Origin: Chthoniobacteraceae bacterium
Lineage (GTDB): Bacteria; Verrucomicrobiota; Verrucomicrobiia; Chthoniobacterales; Chthoniobacteraceae
DNA: 16,158 nt
Reading direction: 5' to 3'
Assembly: GCA_040081625.1 (NCBI GenBank)
Contig: JBEBGD010000120.1
Span: forward strand, 1 to 16,158
Every line of letters starts with the position of its first letter. The stretch's first letter is position 1. Below the pieces are notes generated by a model, which worked only from the letters and a program-made list of their open reading frames with translations, did not search any database and was not told the DNA's origin. The translations under genes were made by a program, and so were the position numbers. Shown here piece by piece: positions 1 to 7,427 of the stretch.

Positions 1-650
1 ATGTCGCGCAGCTCGCCGATGGTCTCGGAGACTTCCTCATAAAGGGCATTCACATCCCCGTCGCGCATCGCCTTGCAGGAGGATTGCTCCGCGTCGCGGG
101 TATTGATCAGCGTGGCGGCGGTCTGCATCTCCGTCTGCAAGGTGAGCGCCCGCGCCGCGGTGATAGCGAGGGCCGGGCCGGTGGGCTGCGGCAGCGAAGC
201 CTCGTAAGTGGGGTGCGCGGTGAGATAGGCACGCGCGGCGCCGAGCAGGGTGCGGCGGGCATCGTGGTTGCGCGGCACGCCGGTGGAGCCTTGCGGGAAG
301 CCGGCCGCCACCCAGCCATCGTTGGCCTTCTTACCATGGATGCCTTGCATCACGGTGCGATAGCCTTCCAGCCACGTCTTCACGGTCGTGTCGCTGAGGG
401 TGCGGAGCGCGGCCTCGGCATCGCCGGTCGCGTCCACGCATTCGCGATAGACGAGCTGGCTGCCTTTGTTAGCCGCGCTGGCCGGGTCGGCGGCGGGGTC
501 GCCTTCGAGTTTCTTGATGAGGGCATCCATCCCCGGTGCGAGATGGTGCATGAGGCCCACGCTGGCCGCGTGGGTGACCTGCCCGTCGTGGATGCTATGG
601 GCGAGGGAGAGGAGGATGATCCGATTCTGCGGGGTGGCGTTGCTGCTCAT
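1..650 (-). CDS. Hypothetical protein, partial (C-terminus beyond the left edge); recalls the helical N-terminal part of Verrucomicrobia proteins often annotated as fibronectin type III domain-containing
   Basis: Hand translation from ATG at 650 gives 216 uninterrupted codons to the edge (MSSNATPQNRIILLSLAHSIHDGQVTHAASVGLMHH...GWVAAGFPQGSTGVPRNHDARRTLLGAARAYLTAHPTYE...IGELRD). Third positions are strongly G/C, and a CAAACCAAACAAACATCCC leader precedes the ATG. It is absent from the ORF track because the stop is outside the window. The family link is from recollection only. Confidence 0.85.
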   Translation of the reverse strand, partial: MSSNATPQNRIILLSLAHSIHDGQVTHAASVGLMHHLAPGMDALIKKLEGDPAADPASAANKGSQLVYRECVDATGDAEAALRTLSDTTVKTWLEGYRTVMQGIHGKKANDGWVAAGFPQGSTGVPRNHDARRTLLGAARAYLTAHPTYEASLPQPTGPALAITAARALTLQTEMQTAATLINTRDAEQSSCKAMRDGDVNALYEEVSETIGELRD

Positions 651-859
651 GGGATGTTTGTTTGGTTTGGTGTGGGAAGGCGGGGCGTCTTCGGGAGCGG
701 GGACGCGGTAGCCGGGATCGCCCGGCTCGAGCACATAGGAAGGGCTGCCCCACCGGGCATTGATGTCGCCCCATTTTGTCCCGTCGCCCCACCGCAGCGT
801 CCTCATGGTCGTGCGGGGAAGAATGCGGCGGGAAGGACGGGCCGCAGTGCCCTCAATGA

Positions 860-1080
860 CCCCGTTGCAGGCGCTGCAACGCGCCGCTTGAGGCTCAAGC
901 GCCCCGTTGTAAGCGCTGCAATGAGCCGCTTGAGGCTCAAGCGCCCGGTTGTAAGCGCTGCAACGAGCCGCCTGAGGCTCAGGCGCCCCGTTGTAAGCTC
1001 TGCAATGAGCCACTTGAGGCTCAGGCGCCCCGTTGTCGGCGCTGCAACGAGCCGCCTGGGGCTCAAGCAGCCCGTTGTAA
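860..1080. repeat. Tandem repeat, 42-bp unit, ~5.3 copies, each unit made of two palindromic halves
   Basis: Units start at 860, 902, 944, 986, 1028 and 1070 (partial). Representative unit (copy 2): CCCCGTTGTAAGCGCTGCAATGAGCCGCTTGAGGCTCAAGCG. Internal inverted repeats are CGTTG(C/T)A...TGCAA(C/T)G and CGCTTGAG-G-CTCAAGCG. There are no unique spacers. Confidence 0.95.
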
Positions 1081-1174
1081 TGACTGCGTGGAGGTTTTGC
1101 GTCGTCGGCTTCCTCTGTGCCCCGCCTCCCGGCAATACCACCCCACCCCACCGCAAGTGGGCTGGCATTACCGA

Positions 1175-1192
1175 ATGTCCGACATCTGGCAT
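1175..1192. promoter_or_regulatory. Imperfect 18-bp palindrome, possible operator at the predicted leftward transcription start
   Basis: ATGTCCGACATCTGGCAT matches its reverse complement at 12 of 18 positions and lies just downstream of the candidate -10 box. Confidence 0.25.
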
Positions 1193-1199
1193 GGCGGAA

Positions 1200-1236
1200 A
1201 TCGTAGGACGGTCCTTTTGGCAGGCAAGCCTTTTTT
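1200..1236 (-). promoter_or_regulatory. Candidate sigma70-type promoter firing leftward
   Basis: The minus strand reads AAAAAA-GGC-TTGCCT-N16-TACGAT (-35 at 1227-1222, -10 at 1205-1200, A-tract at 1236-1231) in a locally AT-richer intergenic stretch. Confidence 0.4.
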
Positions 1237-1549
1237 GTCGTGCTTTTCTTTACCCGCGCGGGTTTACGTGCGGATGGGTAGCTTTCCCTATCGCTGTTGA
1301 GGAATATTCTCTCATGCCATGTGCATTCGCTGTGCTAACGGTGGGTTGTTTCATGCGTGATGGCCGGATTGTTCCCAACCCGAATCCCGGTCTGTCTGAA
1401 CGCCGCATGGATCCGCGGAAAATGAAAACAAGATCGACTGATGGTGTGCGGCGCTCTTTTGCGCTGGATGAGAAACTCCCGGCGGGGCTGCGACGGGTCG
1501 CATCGCCAACTCATGATACTTTCGCCGCGAAGGCGATGGAAGGAGCACG

Positions 1550-3907
1550 ATGAACGACGCGGGCATCGATACGATCGTGGCGGAGAAGACGGCAGAGTTA
1601 TATGCCATGAGTGCGGAACTCGTGCGTCAGGTGGCCCAGCGAGAGGATCTCACGGAGCAGCTTCGCTACGCGCTCCGGGAGCTCATCGACGTGAGGATGG
1701 CGCTGGATGAGCACGCGATCGTGGCGATCACCAAACCGCAGGGGGAGATCACCTTTGTGAACGATAAGTTTTGCGCCGTGTCCCAATATTCGCGCGAGGA
1801 ATTGCTGGGGCAGGATCACCGGATCATCAATTCGGGGTATCATTCCAAGGAGTTCATCAAGGAGATGTGGGTGACGATCGGCGCGGGGCGGGTCTGGCGC
1901 GGGGACTACAAGAATCGGGCGAAGGATGGGAGCTTCTACTGGGTGGACACGACCATCGTGCCGTTCGTCGATGAGGAAGGAAGGCCGCGGGAGTATGTGG
2001 CCATCCACGCGGACATCACGGCGCGCAAGGAGGCGGAGGAGGCGCTGCTGTTTTTCCGCAAGCTGGTGGATCAATCGAGCGATACGTTCGAGGTGATCGA
2101 CCCGGAGAGCGGGCGCTTCCTCGATGTGAACGAGAATGGCCTCTTCGAGACGGGTTTCACCCGCGAGGAGTATCTGGCGCTGGGGGTGAGCGGCATCGAT
2201 CCGGCCATCGGCGAGTCGGGCTGGCGGCCCATGATGGAAAGGATCCGCGAGGAAGGCATCGTGACCGGGGAGGGATGCCACCGGCGCAAGGACGGGACGA
2301 CGTTCCCGATCGAGTTCAATGCGAAGTGGGTCGAAGCCGACCGCGAACATAGCTACATCGTGACGGTGGTGCGCGACATCACGGAACGCAGAATCGCCGC
2401 GCGGCAAATCCGTGAGCAGGCGGCGCTGCTCGACCATGCGCGGGACGCGATCTTCGTCCACGCTCTCAATGGAATCGTGACCTACTGGAACCGGGGTGCG
2501 GAGCGGCTGGACGGCTGGACGGCGGAGGAGATGGTAGGCTGCGAGATGCAGAGCCTCCTCGTTGCAAACCTGGAGCCTTATCATGCATCGCTGGAGGCGG
2601 TGCTCCGTGCGGGGGAGTGGAAGGGAGAAACCACCAAGCTCACGAAGGCGGGAGGCGAGATCGTGATGCAATGCCGCTGGACATTGCTGCGCGACGAGGC
2701 CGGGCAGCCCAAATCGATCCTCTCGATCAATACGGACATCACCGAGAAGCGGGCGATGGAAGCGCATCTCCTGCGCGCGCAGCGGATGGAAAGCATCGGC
2801 GCGCTGGCCGGGGGGATCGCGCACGACTTGAACAACGTGCTCGCGCCGATCCTCATGGGGGTCGAGCTATTGAAGGAGACGGTGACCGAGCCGCGGGACG
2901 TCGGCGTGCTCGAACTGATGGAAACGAGCGGGAGGCGCGGAGCGGACATGGTGAAGCAGGTGCTTCTTTTCGCGCGCGGCGTGGAGGGACGAAGGACGGT
3001 GATTTCCGTAACGAAGCTCGTGAAGGAGGTGGAGCGCCTGACGCGCGATACGTTCGCGAAATCGATCGTCGTGGAGGCCGATGCGCCCGAGGAGACGCGG
3101 CCCATTTCCGGTGACTACACGCAGCTCCATCAGGTGCTGATGAATTTGTGCGTGAATGCGAGGGATGCCATGCCCCGCGGGGGCAAGTTGCGGATCACAG
3201 CGCGGAACCGGGAGGTCGATGCGCAATTCGCGGCGCAGAATCCCAAGGCGCACGAGGGCACCTACGTGATGTTGGAGATCGCGGACACGGGCCAGGGGAT
3301 GTCGGGCGAAACGGTGAAGAAGATCTTCGATCCGTTCTTCACCACGAAGGAAATCGGGAAGGGCACGGGCCTCGGGCTCTCGACCACGCAGGCGATCGTG
3401 AAGAGCCATGGCGGCTTCATCACCGTGGAGAGCGAGGTGGGCCGGGGCACGACCTTTCAGGTGAATCTGCCCGCCGAAGCCGAATCCGCGCAGGTGGAGT
3501 GCGAGGCGGCGAAGCAGGAAATCCCGAGGGGCCACGGCGAACTCATCCTGATCTTCGACGACGAGGCGGCCACGCGCTCGATCACCGGCCAGACGCTGGA
3601 GGCGTATGGCTATCACGTGATGGGTGCAGGCGATGGTGCCGAGGGAGTCACCCTCTATGCCCAGCGCATGGGAGAGATCGCGGCCGTGATGACGGACCTG
3701 GAGATGCCCGTGCTGGATGGCGCCAGCGCCATCCGCGTCCTCAAGCGGATGAATCCCGATGTGAAGATCCTGGTGGTGAGCGGATCCGCTGCAGGCGGGA
3801 GGCAGGAAGAGGTCACGCGGGAAGGAGTGAAGCACTTCCTGGCGAAGCCTTACACCGCCGAGTCAATGCTGAGGATGCTGCACGAACTGCTGCATCCCGC
3901 GCCGTGA
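1550..3907 (+). CDS. PAS-domain hybrid sensor histidine kinase/response regulator (3 PAS-PAC, HisKA, HATPase_c, REC), cytoplasmic
   Basis: AAGGAG at 1540-1545. Three PAS-PAC units end in DIT motifs. H-box LAGGIAHDLNN, N-box QVLMNLCVNARDAM, DTGQGM, FDPFFTTK, GTGLGL. The receiver has DDE, MTDLEMP and FLAKPY. No transmembrane segment is visible. Confidence 0.96.
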   Translation: MNDAGIDTIVAEKTAELYAMSAELVRQVAQREDLTEQLRYALRELIDVRMALDEHAIVAITKPQGEITFVNDKFCAVSQYSREELLGQDHRIINSGYHSKEFIKEMWVTIGAGRVWRGDYKNRAKDGSFYWVDTTIVPFVDEEGRPREYVAIHADITARKEAEEALLFFRKLVDQSSDTFEVIDPESGRFLDVNENGLFETGFTREEYLALGVSGIDPAIGESGWRPMMERIREEGIVTGEGCHRRKDGTTFPIEFNAKWVEADREHSYIVTVVRDITERRIAARQIREQAALLDHARDAIFVHALNGIVTYWNRGAERLDGWTAEEMVGCEMQSLLVANLEPYHASLEAVLRAGEWKGETTKLTKAGGEIVMQCRWTLLRDEAGQPKSILSINTDITEKRAMEAHLLRAQRMESIGALAGGIAHDLNNVLAPILMGVELLKETVTEPRDVGVLELMETSGRRGADMVKQVLLFARGVEGRRTVISVTKLVKEVERLTRDTFAKSIVVEADAPEETRPISGDYTQLHQVLMNLCVNARDAMPRGGKLRITARNREVDAQFAAQNPKAHEGTYVMLEIADTGQGMSGETVKKIFDPFFTTKEIGKGTGLGLSTTQAIVKSHGGFITVESEVGRGTTFQVNLPAEAESAQVECEAAKQEIPRGHGELILIFDDEAATRSITGQTLEAYGYHVMGAGDGAEGVTLYAQRMGEIAAVMTDLEMPVLDGASAIRVLKRMNPDVKILVVSGSAAGGRQEEVTREGVKHFLAKPYTAESMLRMLHELLHPAP

Positions 3908-3920
3908 GCAGTGCGCGGCG

Positions 3921-4766
3921 CTACGACTTGAAATCGCGCGCCTGGAAGGCGACCACGGCGATGATGACCAGCGTGGCATCGACGGCGAGCAGGTAGGAGT
4001 AGTCGCCGATGATCTGCGCGACGGGCACCGGGGCGCGGAAGGCATTATCCCAGCTCTCCATGTGCGTGGTGAGGAACCACTGCTTGATGTCCTCGAAATA
4101 CGGGATGCGGCGGAAGATACCGTCGGCCATGAAATAGGTCAGCGTGGCGATGGTCGCGGCGGCGGGCTTCATGTTCCAGCACGAGAGCATGAAGGCGATG
4201 GTGGTGACGCTGAGCATGCTCAGCGAGAGCAGCGGGAGCGAGCCGATGAAGCGCAGGTGACCGGGGCCGGTGTCGTAGAGCGCGAAGAGATTTTGCAGCG
4301 GCTGGAAGACGAAGAACGCGCCGACGCCTTCCTTCGCCGTGCCGACGGCGAGCGCGCTCAAGCCGACGAAGAAGATGAGCAGGAATGTGTAGAAGACGCA
4401 CGTGAGGTATTTGATGAGCAGCAGCCGCACGCGCGAGATCGGGCGGCAGAGCGTCATGCGCAGCGTGCCGTCCTCGACTTCCTTTGCGACGATGTCGCCG
4501 GCGACCAGCGAGACGTAGAGGGCGCCGAGAAAGAAGATCGTCCAGATGAGGACCTGGAAGCCGAGCGTGATGCCGGAGAAGTATTGCTCGAAGCCGTAGC
4601 CGGCGCGCTCGATGATGAACTTCCACGAGCGCTGCACTTTCGGGAGCTGGAGGAGCAGGAGGATGACGCACTCGACGCCGAGGAAAGCGCCGAAGCCGAG
4701 CCACGTTCGTTTTCGCGCGAAGAGTTTGCGAAGCTCGTGGCGAAACTGGGTGAGGAAGAGATTCAT
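3921..4766 (-). CDS. ABC-2 type transporter permease
   Basis: About six hydrophobic segments. N-terminal ELRKLFARKR and the motif AGDIVAKEVEDGTLRMTLCRPISRVRLLLIKY are typical of ABC-2 permeases. The start overlaps the ATPase stop by 4 bp. Confidence 0.92.
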   Translation of the reverse strand: MNLFLTQFRHELRKLFARKRTWLGFGAFLGVECVILLLLQLPKVQRSWKFIIERAGYGFEQYFSGITLGFQVLIWTIFFLGALYVSLVAGDIVAKEVEDGTLRMTLCRPISRVRLLLIKYLTCVFYTFLLIFFVGLSALAVGTAKEGVGAFFVFQPLQNLFALYDTGPGHLRFIGSLPLLSLSMLSVTTIAFMLSCWNMKPAAATIATLTYFMADGIFRRIPYFEDIKQWFLTTHMESWDNAFRAPVPVAQIIGDYSYLLAVDATLVIIAVVAFQARDFKS

Positions 4767-5632
4767 TTTGCGACGAGATCGAGGTAGAGCGACTCGAGCG
4801 TCGGGCGCAGCGACTCGACGGCGCGGACCGTGACGCCCGCGCCGACAAGACGGCGGACGACTTCGCCGATGTCGTCGCCGTCGGCGAGTTCGATGACTTG
4901 CGGAGCGACGACGCGCAGGGCGAGCGCGTCGGCTTTCGTCCAGTCGTCGAGCTCGAGACGAAAGCGACGGCCTTCGCCGGCGAGATCGGTCCAGCGACCG
5001 GTGAAGACGAGCTTGCCTTGATTCAGGATGGCGACGCGGTCGCAGAGCTGCTGGACTTCCGCGAGCAGGTGCGAGGAGAGCAGCACGGTGAGGCCGCGGT
5101 CGCGGTTGAGTTGCTTGATGAGTTCGCGCATCTCGTGGATGCCCTCGGGATCGAGGCCCTCGGTCGGCTCGTCGAGCAGCACCGCCTCCGGCATCGGGAC
5201 GAGCGCCTGAGCGAGCGCGAGGCGCTGCCGCATGCCGTGCGAATAGACCTTCACCGGGTCGTGAATGCGCGCGGTCAGGCCGACGATGCGCACGGCTTCC
5301 TCGAGCTCGGCGCGGGAGACGTGGCCGCTGTAGCTGGCGAGGATTTCGAGGTTCGACCAGCCGCTCATGTAGTCGAAAAATCCCGGCGTCTCGAAGATCG
5401 CGCCGACCTTCGCGAGTGCCCGCGCGCGCTCGCGCTGCACGGAGATGCCGTCGATGAATGCCTCGCCGCCATCGGGGTGAACCTGGCCGAGCATGATGCC
5501 GAATGCGGTGCTCTTGCCCGCGCCGTTGTGGCCGAGCATGCCGAAGATTTCGCCGCGCTGCACCTCGAAGGAGATGTCTTGCAGCGCGGGCCGGCCACGG
5601 AAGGTTTTGCGGAGATTTTGGATGCGGATCAT
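4763..5632 (-). CDS. ABC transporter ATP-binding protein (exporter type, BcrA/CcmA-like)
   Basis: Walker A GHNGAGKST, signature YSHGMRQR, Walker B VLLDEPT, D-loop GLDP and H-loop SSH. Confidence 0.96.
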   Translation of the reverse strand: MIRIQNLRKTFRGRPALQDISFEVQRGEIFGMLGHNGAGKSTAFGIMLGQVHPDGGEAFIDGISVQRERARALAKVGAIFETPGFFDYMSGWSNLEILASYSGHVSRAELEEAVRIVGLTARIHDPVKVYSHGMRQRLALAQALVPMPEAVLLDEPTEGLDPEGIHEMRELIKQLNRDRGLTVLLSSHLLAEVQQLCDRVAILNQGKLVFTGRWTDLAGEGRRFRLELDDWTKADALALRVVAPQVIELADGDDIGEVVRRLVGAGVTVRAVESLRPTLESLYLDLVAK

Positions 5633-5683
5633 GCGCGGCGGAGACTTGGAGTCATGTGCGTGATGTGATTACGCTGCGGCGTC

Positions 5684-6421
5684 ATGCAAACCTTTTCACC
5701 AACTCTGCTCGCGGACGCCGCCGGGAAGGCGTTCTCGTTTTCGCACGCGGCGTCGGCGTGGGAGGCGCTGCGCGCGGGTGCGAGCCCGGGAATGCTGGGG
5801 ATGTTTTTCGGCGCCAGTCTCGTCGCCGGCGCGCTGGCGATCTGGGTCGCGAGTATCGTCGTGGCGCGGGAAAGTGCGACCGCAGACCGGGCGGCGAAAG
5901 TTTTCCTCGCGTGGGTCGGACTGGCGATCGTGCTGGTCGCGGCGGCAGGCGTGGGTCTGCCGCGCGCGGCGGCTGCCGGGCGGACGGAACTCGTGCTGAT
6001 GGCGTGCGCATTCGGCGGACTCGGGCTCGCAGGACTGCTGGGCGTGCCGATGGCGGTGTATGGATTCGGCTTCACGCGAAGCGCCGGCTTTTGCTGCATC
6101 TATCTATTGCTCGCTGGAGCGGCGCACGCCGGGCTGCAATTCGCGCTGCCCGGCCGCGGGCCGACGCAGCACGCGGAGGGGTTCCGGCGGATTTTTCCGC
6201 CGCCGACGCCGAGCCCCGCGGAGCAGGCGGCGATCCGGGTGCGCCTGCGCGAACGCCAGTCCACGCTCGCGCGGCGCTACGCTGCGCTGGAGATCCGGCG
6301 ACGGCATCTGCCGGCTGGCGATGCGCAGGCACTGCGGGATTACGAGCGGGAGAAGGCGGCCTACAAACGCGAACTCGAGCAACTTCAAAGCGATGCCGCC
6401 GAGCTCGATCCATCGCGCTGA
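5684..6421 (+). CDS. Hypothetical membrane protein (4-5 TM helices, C-terminal charged helical/coiled-coil tail)
   Basis: Fills the gap between flanking genes. Ala/Leu/Gly/Val-rich hydrophobic segments are followed by a PPPTPSP linker and a heptad-like tail (LRERQSTLARRYAALE...YEREKAAYKRELEQLQ). The start is uncertain. Confidence 0.72.
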   Translation: MQTFSPTLLADAAGKAFSFSHAASAWEALRAGASPGMLGMFFGASLVAGALAIWVASIVVARESATADRAAKVFLAWVGLAIVLVAAAGVGLPRAAAAGRTELVLMACAFGGLGLAGLLGVPMAVYGFGFTRSAGFCCIYLLLAGAAHAGLQFALPGRGPTQHAEGFRRIFPPPTPSPAEQAAIRVRLRERQSTLARRYAALEIRRRHLPAGDAQALRDYEREKAAYKRELEQLQSDAAELDPSR

Positions 6422-6428
6422 TGATCGT

Positions 6429-6995
6429 TCAGCGCTTCTGCACGAAGGTCAGTTCCTTCGAGGCGTGGCCGTCGGCGTAGAGGATGTTGACCTTGTGATC
6501 GGGGTCGCGGTGAAAGCCTTCCTTGTCGCCCATGAGCGGGATGAATCCGGGCTGGTCGGCGACGCCCATGAAGTTGAGGGCGGCGATGGACTGGCCGTTG
6601 AGCGCGACGTTCCAGTGGTAGCTCGTGCCGCTCTTCTCCGCGAACTCGCGATCCGCGGGGCAGGCGAAAACTTTCTCCGAGCCGGCGTAGCGCAGCAGCG
6701 TGTTGTCGATGACGGGCACGTCGTCGTCGCGCTTCTCGCGTGCGAGCATCAGCGTGGGCATGATGCCGTTGTTTTCGCCGAGGTAGAGATTGAGCGCGGC
6801 GCCGAGTGAACGCAGGTTGCTCACGCACGACACGACGTGGCCCTTGGCGACAAAATGGGAGGAAACCGTGACGGTGATCGTCGCGAGCAACGCGATGATC
6901 GCGATGACGACGAGGAGTTCGATGAGGGTGAAGGCGCGGCGCACGGACACGCACAGACGTGGCGCACGCGCGAAAAGTTTCAACCGCGCGAACAT
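6429..6995 (-). CDS. Prepilin-type N-terminal cleavage/methylation domain protein with a C-terminal H-X9-DG-like motif (PVC type, short)
   Basis: RRA|FTLIELLVVIAIIALLA, then CVSNLRSLGAALNLY, VFACPAD, SYHWN and C-terminal HRDPDHKVNILYADGH. I moved the start from 7205 to the ATG at 6995 so the leader before the cleavage site is short; a nearby GTG start is also possible. Confidence 0.9.
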   Translation of the reverse strand: MFARLKLFARAPRLCVSVRRAFTLIELLVVIAIIALLATITVTVSSHFVAKGHVVSCVSNLRSLGAALNLYLGENNGIMPTLMLAREKRDDDVPVIDNTLLRYAGSEKVFACPADREFAEKSGTSYHWNVALNGQSIAALNFMGVADQPGFIPLMGDKEGFHRDPDHKVNILYADGHASKELTFVQKR

Positions 6996-7281
6996 ATGGC
7001 CGCGCGGCTCGATTGCGCCGGGCGTCCCCGATACATCAGGCGTGGTCGCAGTCGGTTCAGCGGCATCACTTTCTCCGAAGAACAATGTTGCGCGCGCCGG
7101 CTCATCGTGGTCCAATCCGGCGCCCCCGTAGTCCGCGGAAGTCCTTTCCTTCCGTTCCACCCTCCTCCCGCCGAACACCGCTGAAGCACTCCAGCCCTCT
7201 CCCAACTTCTGCCCCGACGTTTATTCCATGCTCTTCGCAGGATGAACGGATGCGCGGCCAAGGTGTGTGCATTGGCGTTGA

Positions 7282-7318
7282 GGCAGGAGAGGAAAATGGA
7301 GCCGGGTTTCTTCCTGCC
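7282..7318. other. Intergenic stem-loop upstream of the DUF1800 gene
   Basis: GGCAGGA (7282-7288) pairs with TCCTGCC (7312-7318), with inner GAAA/TTTC pairing. No U-tract follows. Confidence 0.35.
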
Positions 7319-7427
7319 GAATTTGCATCGCGCCATTTGTGAACCCGCCGGACGCATTTCCGCACGCCTCGATTTCCCCCACTGACGACCCGACCCAAGC
7401 CAACGACCACAACTCGCCCGCTCGAAC

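Noticed and set aside
860..1080. CRISPR array
   Set aside because: The units are head-to-tail with no unique spacers, and no cas genes are in the window.
84..1553. 489-aa plus-strand ORF
   Set aside because: It is the antisense shadow of the real 1-650 gene, extended through a 42-bp (in-frame) repeat and intergenic DNA. It has a TTG start and no coherent protein features.
1407..1553. 48-aa ORF whose stop overlaps the kinase start (ATGA)
   Set aside because: No RBS or recognisable motif. The kinase has its own AAGGAG, so the overlap is probably coincidental.
3908..3920. Terminator between the convergent kinase and permease genes
   Set aside because: The gap is only 13 bp with no hairpin or U-tract.
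1598..3996. Long alternative-frame and antisense ORFs over the kinase, and likewise over the ABC, DUF1800 and DUF1501 genes (e.g. 8646-10958)
   Set aside because: These are typical stop-poor shadow frames of high-GC coding DNA, and the motif-bearing frame is unambiguous.
5220..5250. Non-canonical ABC signature YSHGMRQR
   Set aside because: This is a common variant in BcrA/CcmA-like exporter ATPases and is not a sign of inactivity or novelty.
6996..7205. N-terminal 70 aa of the 258-aa prepilin ORF
   Set aside because: Prepilin leaders are short and this extension looks non-coding, so the start was reassigned to 6995.
7282..7345. Glycine riboswitch (GGAGAG-hairpin-GCCGAA resemblance)
   Set aside because: The following GG(A/C)GCAA and CTCTCAGG elements are missing, and the downstream gene is unrelated to glycine metabolism.
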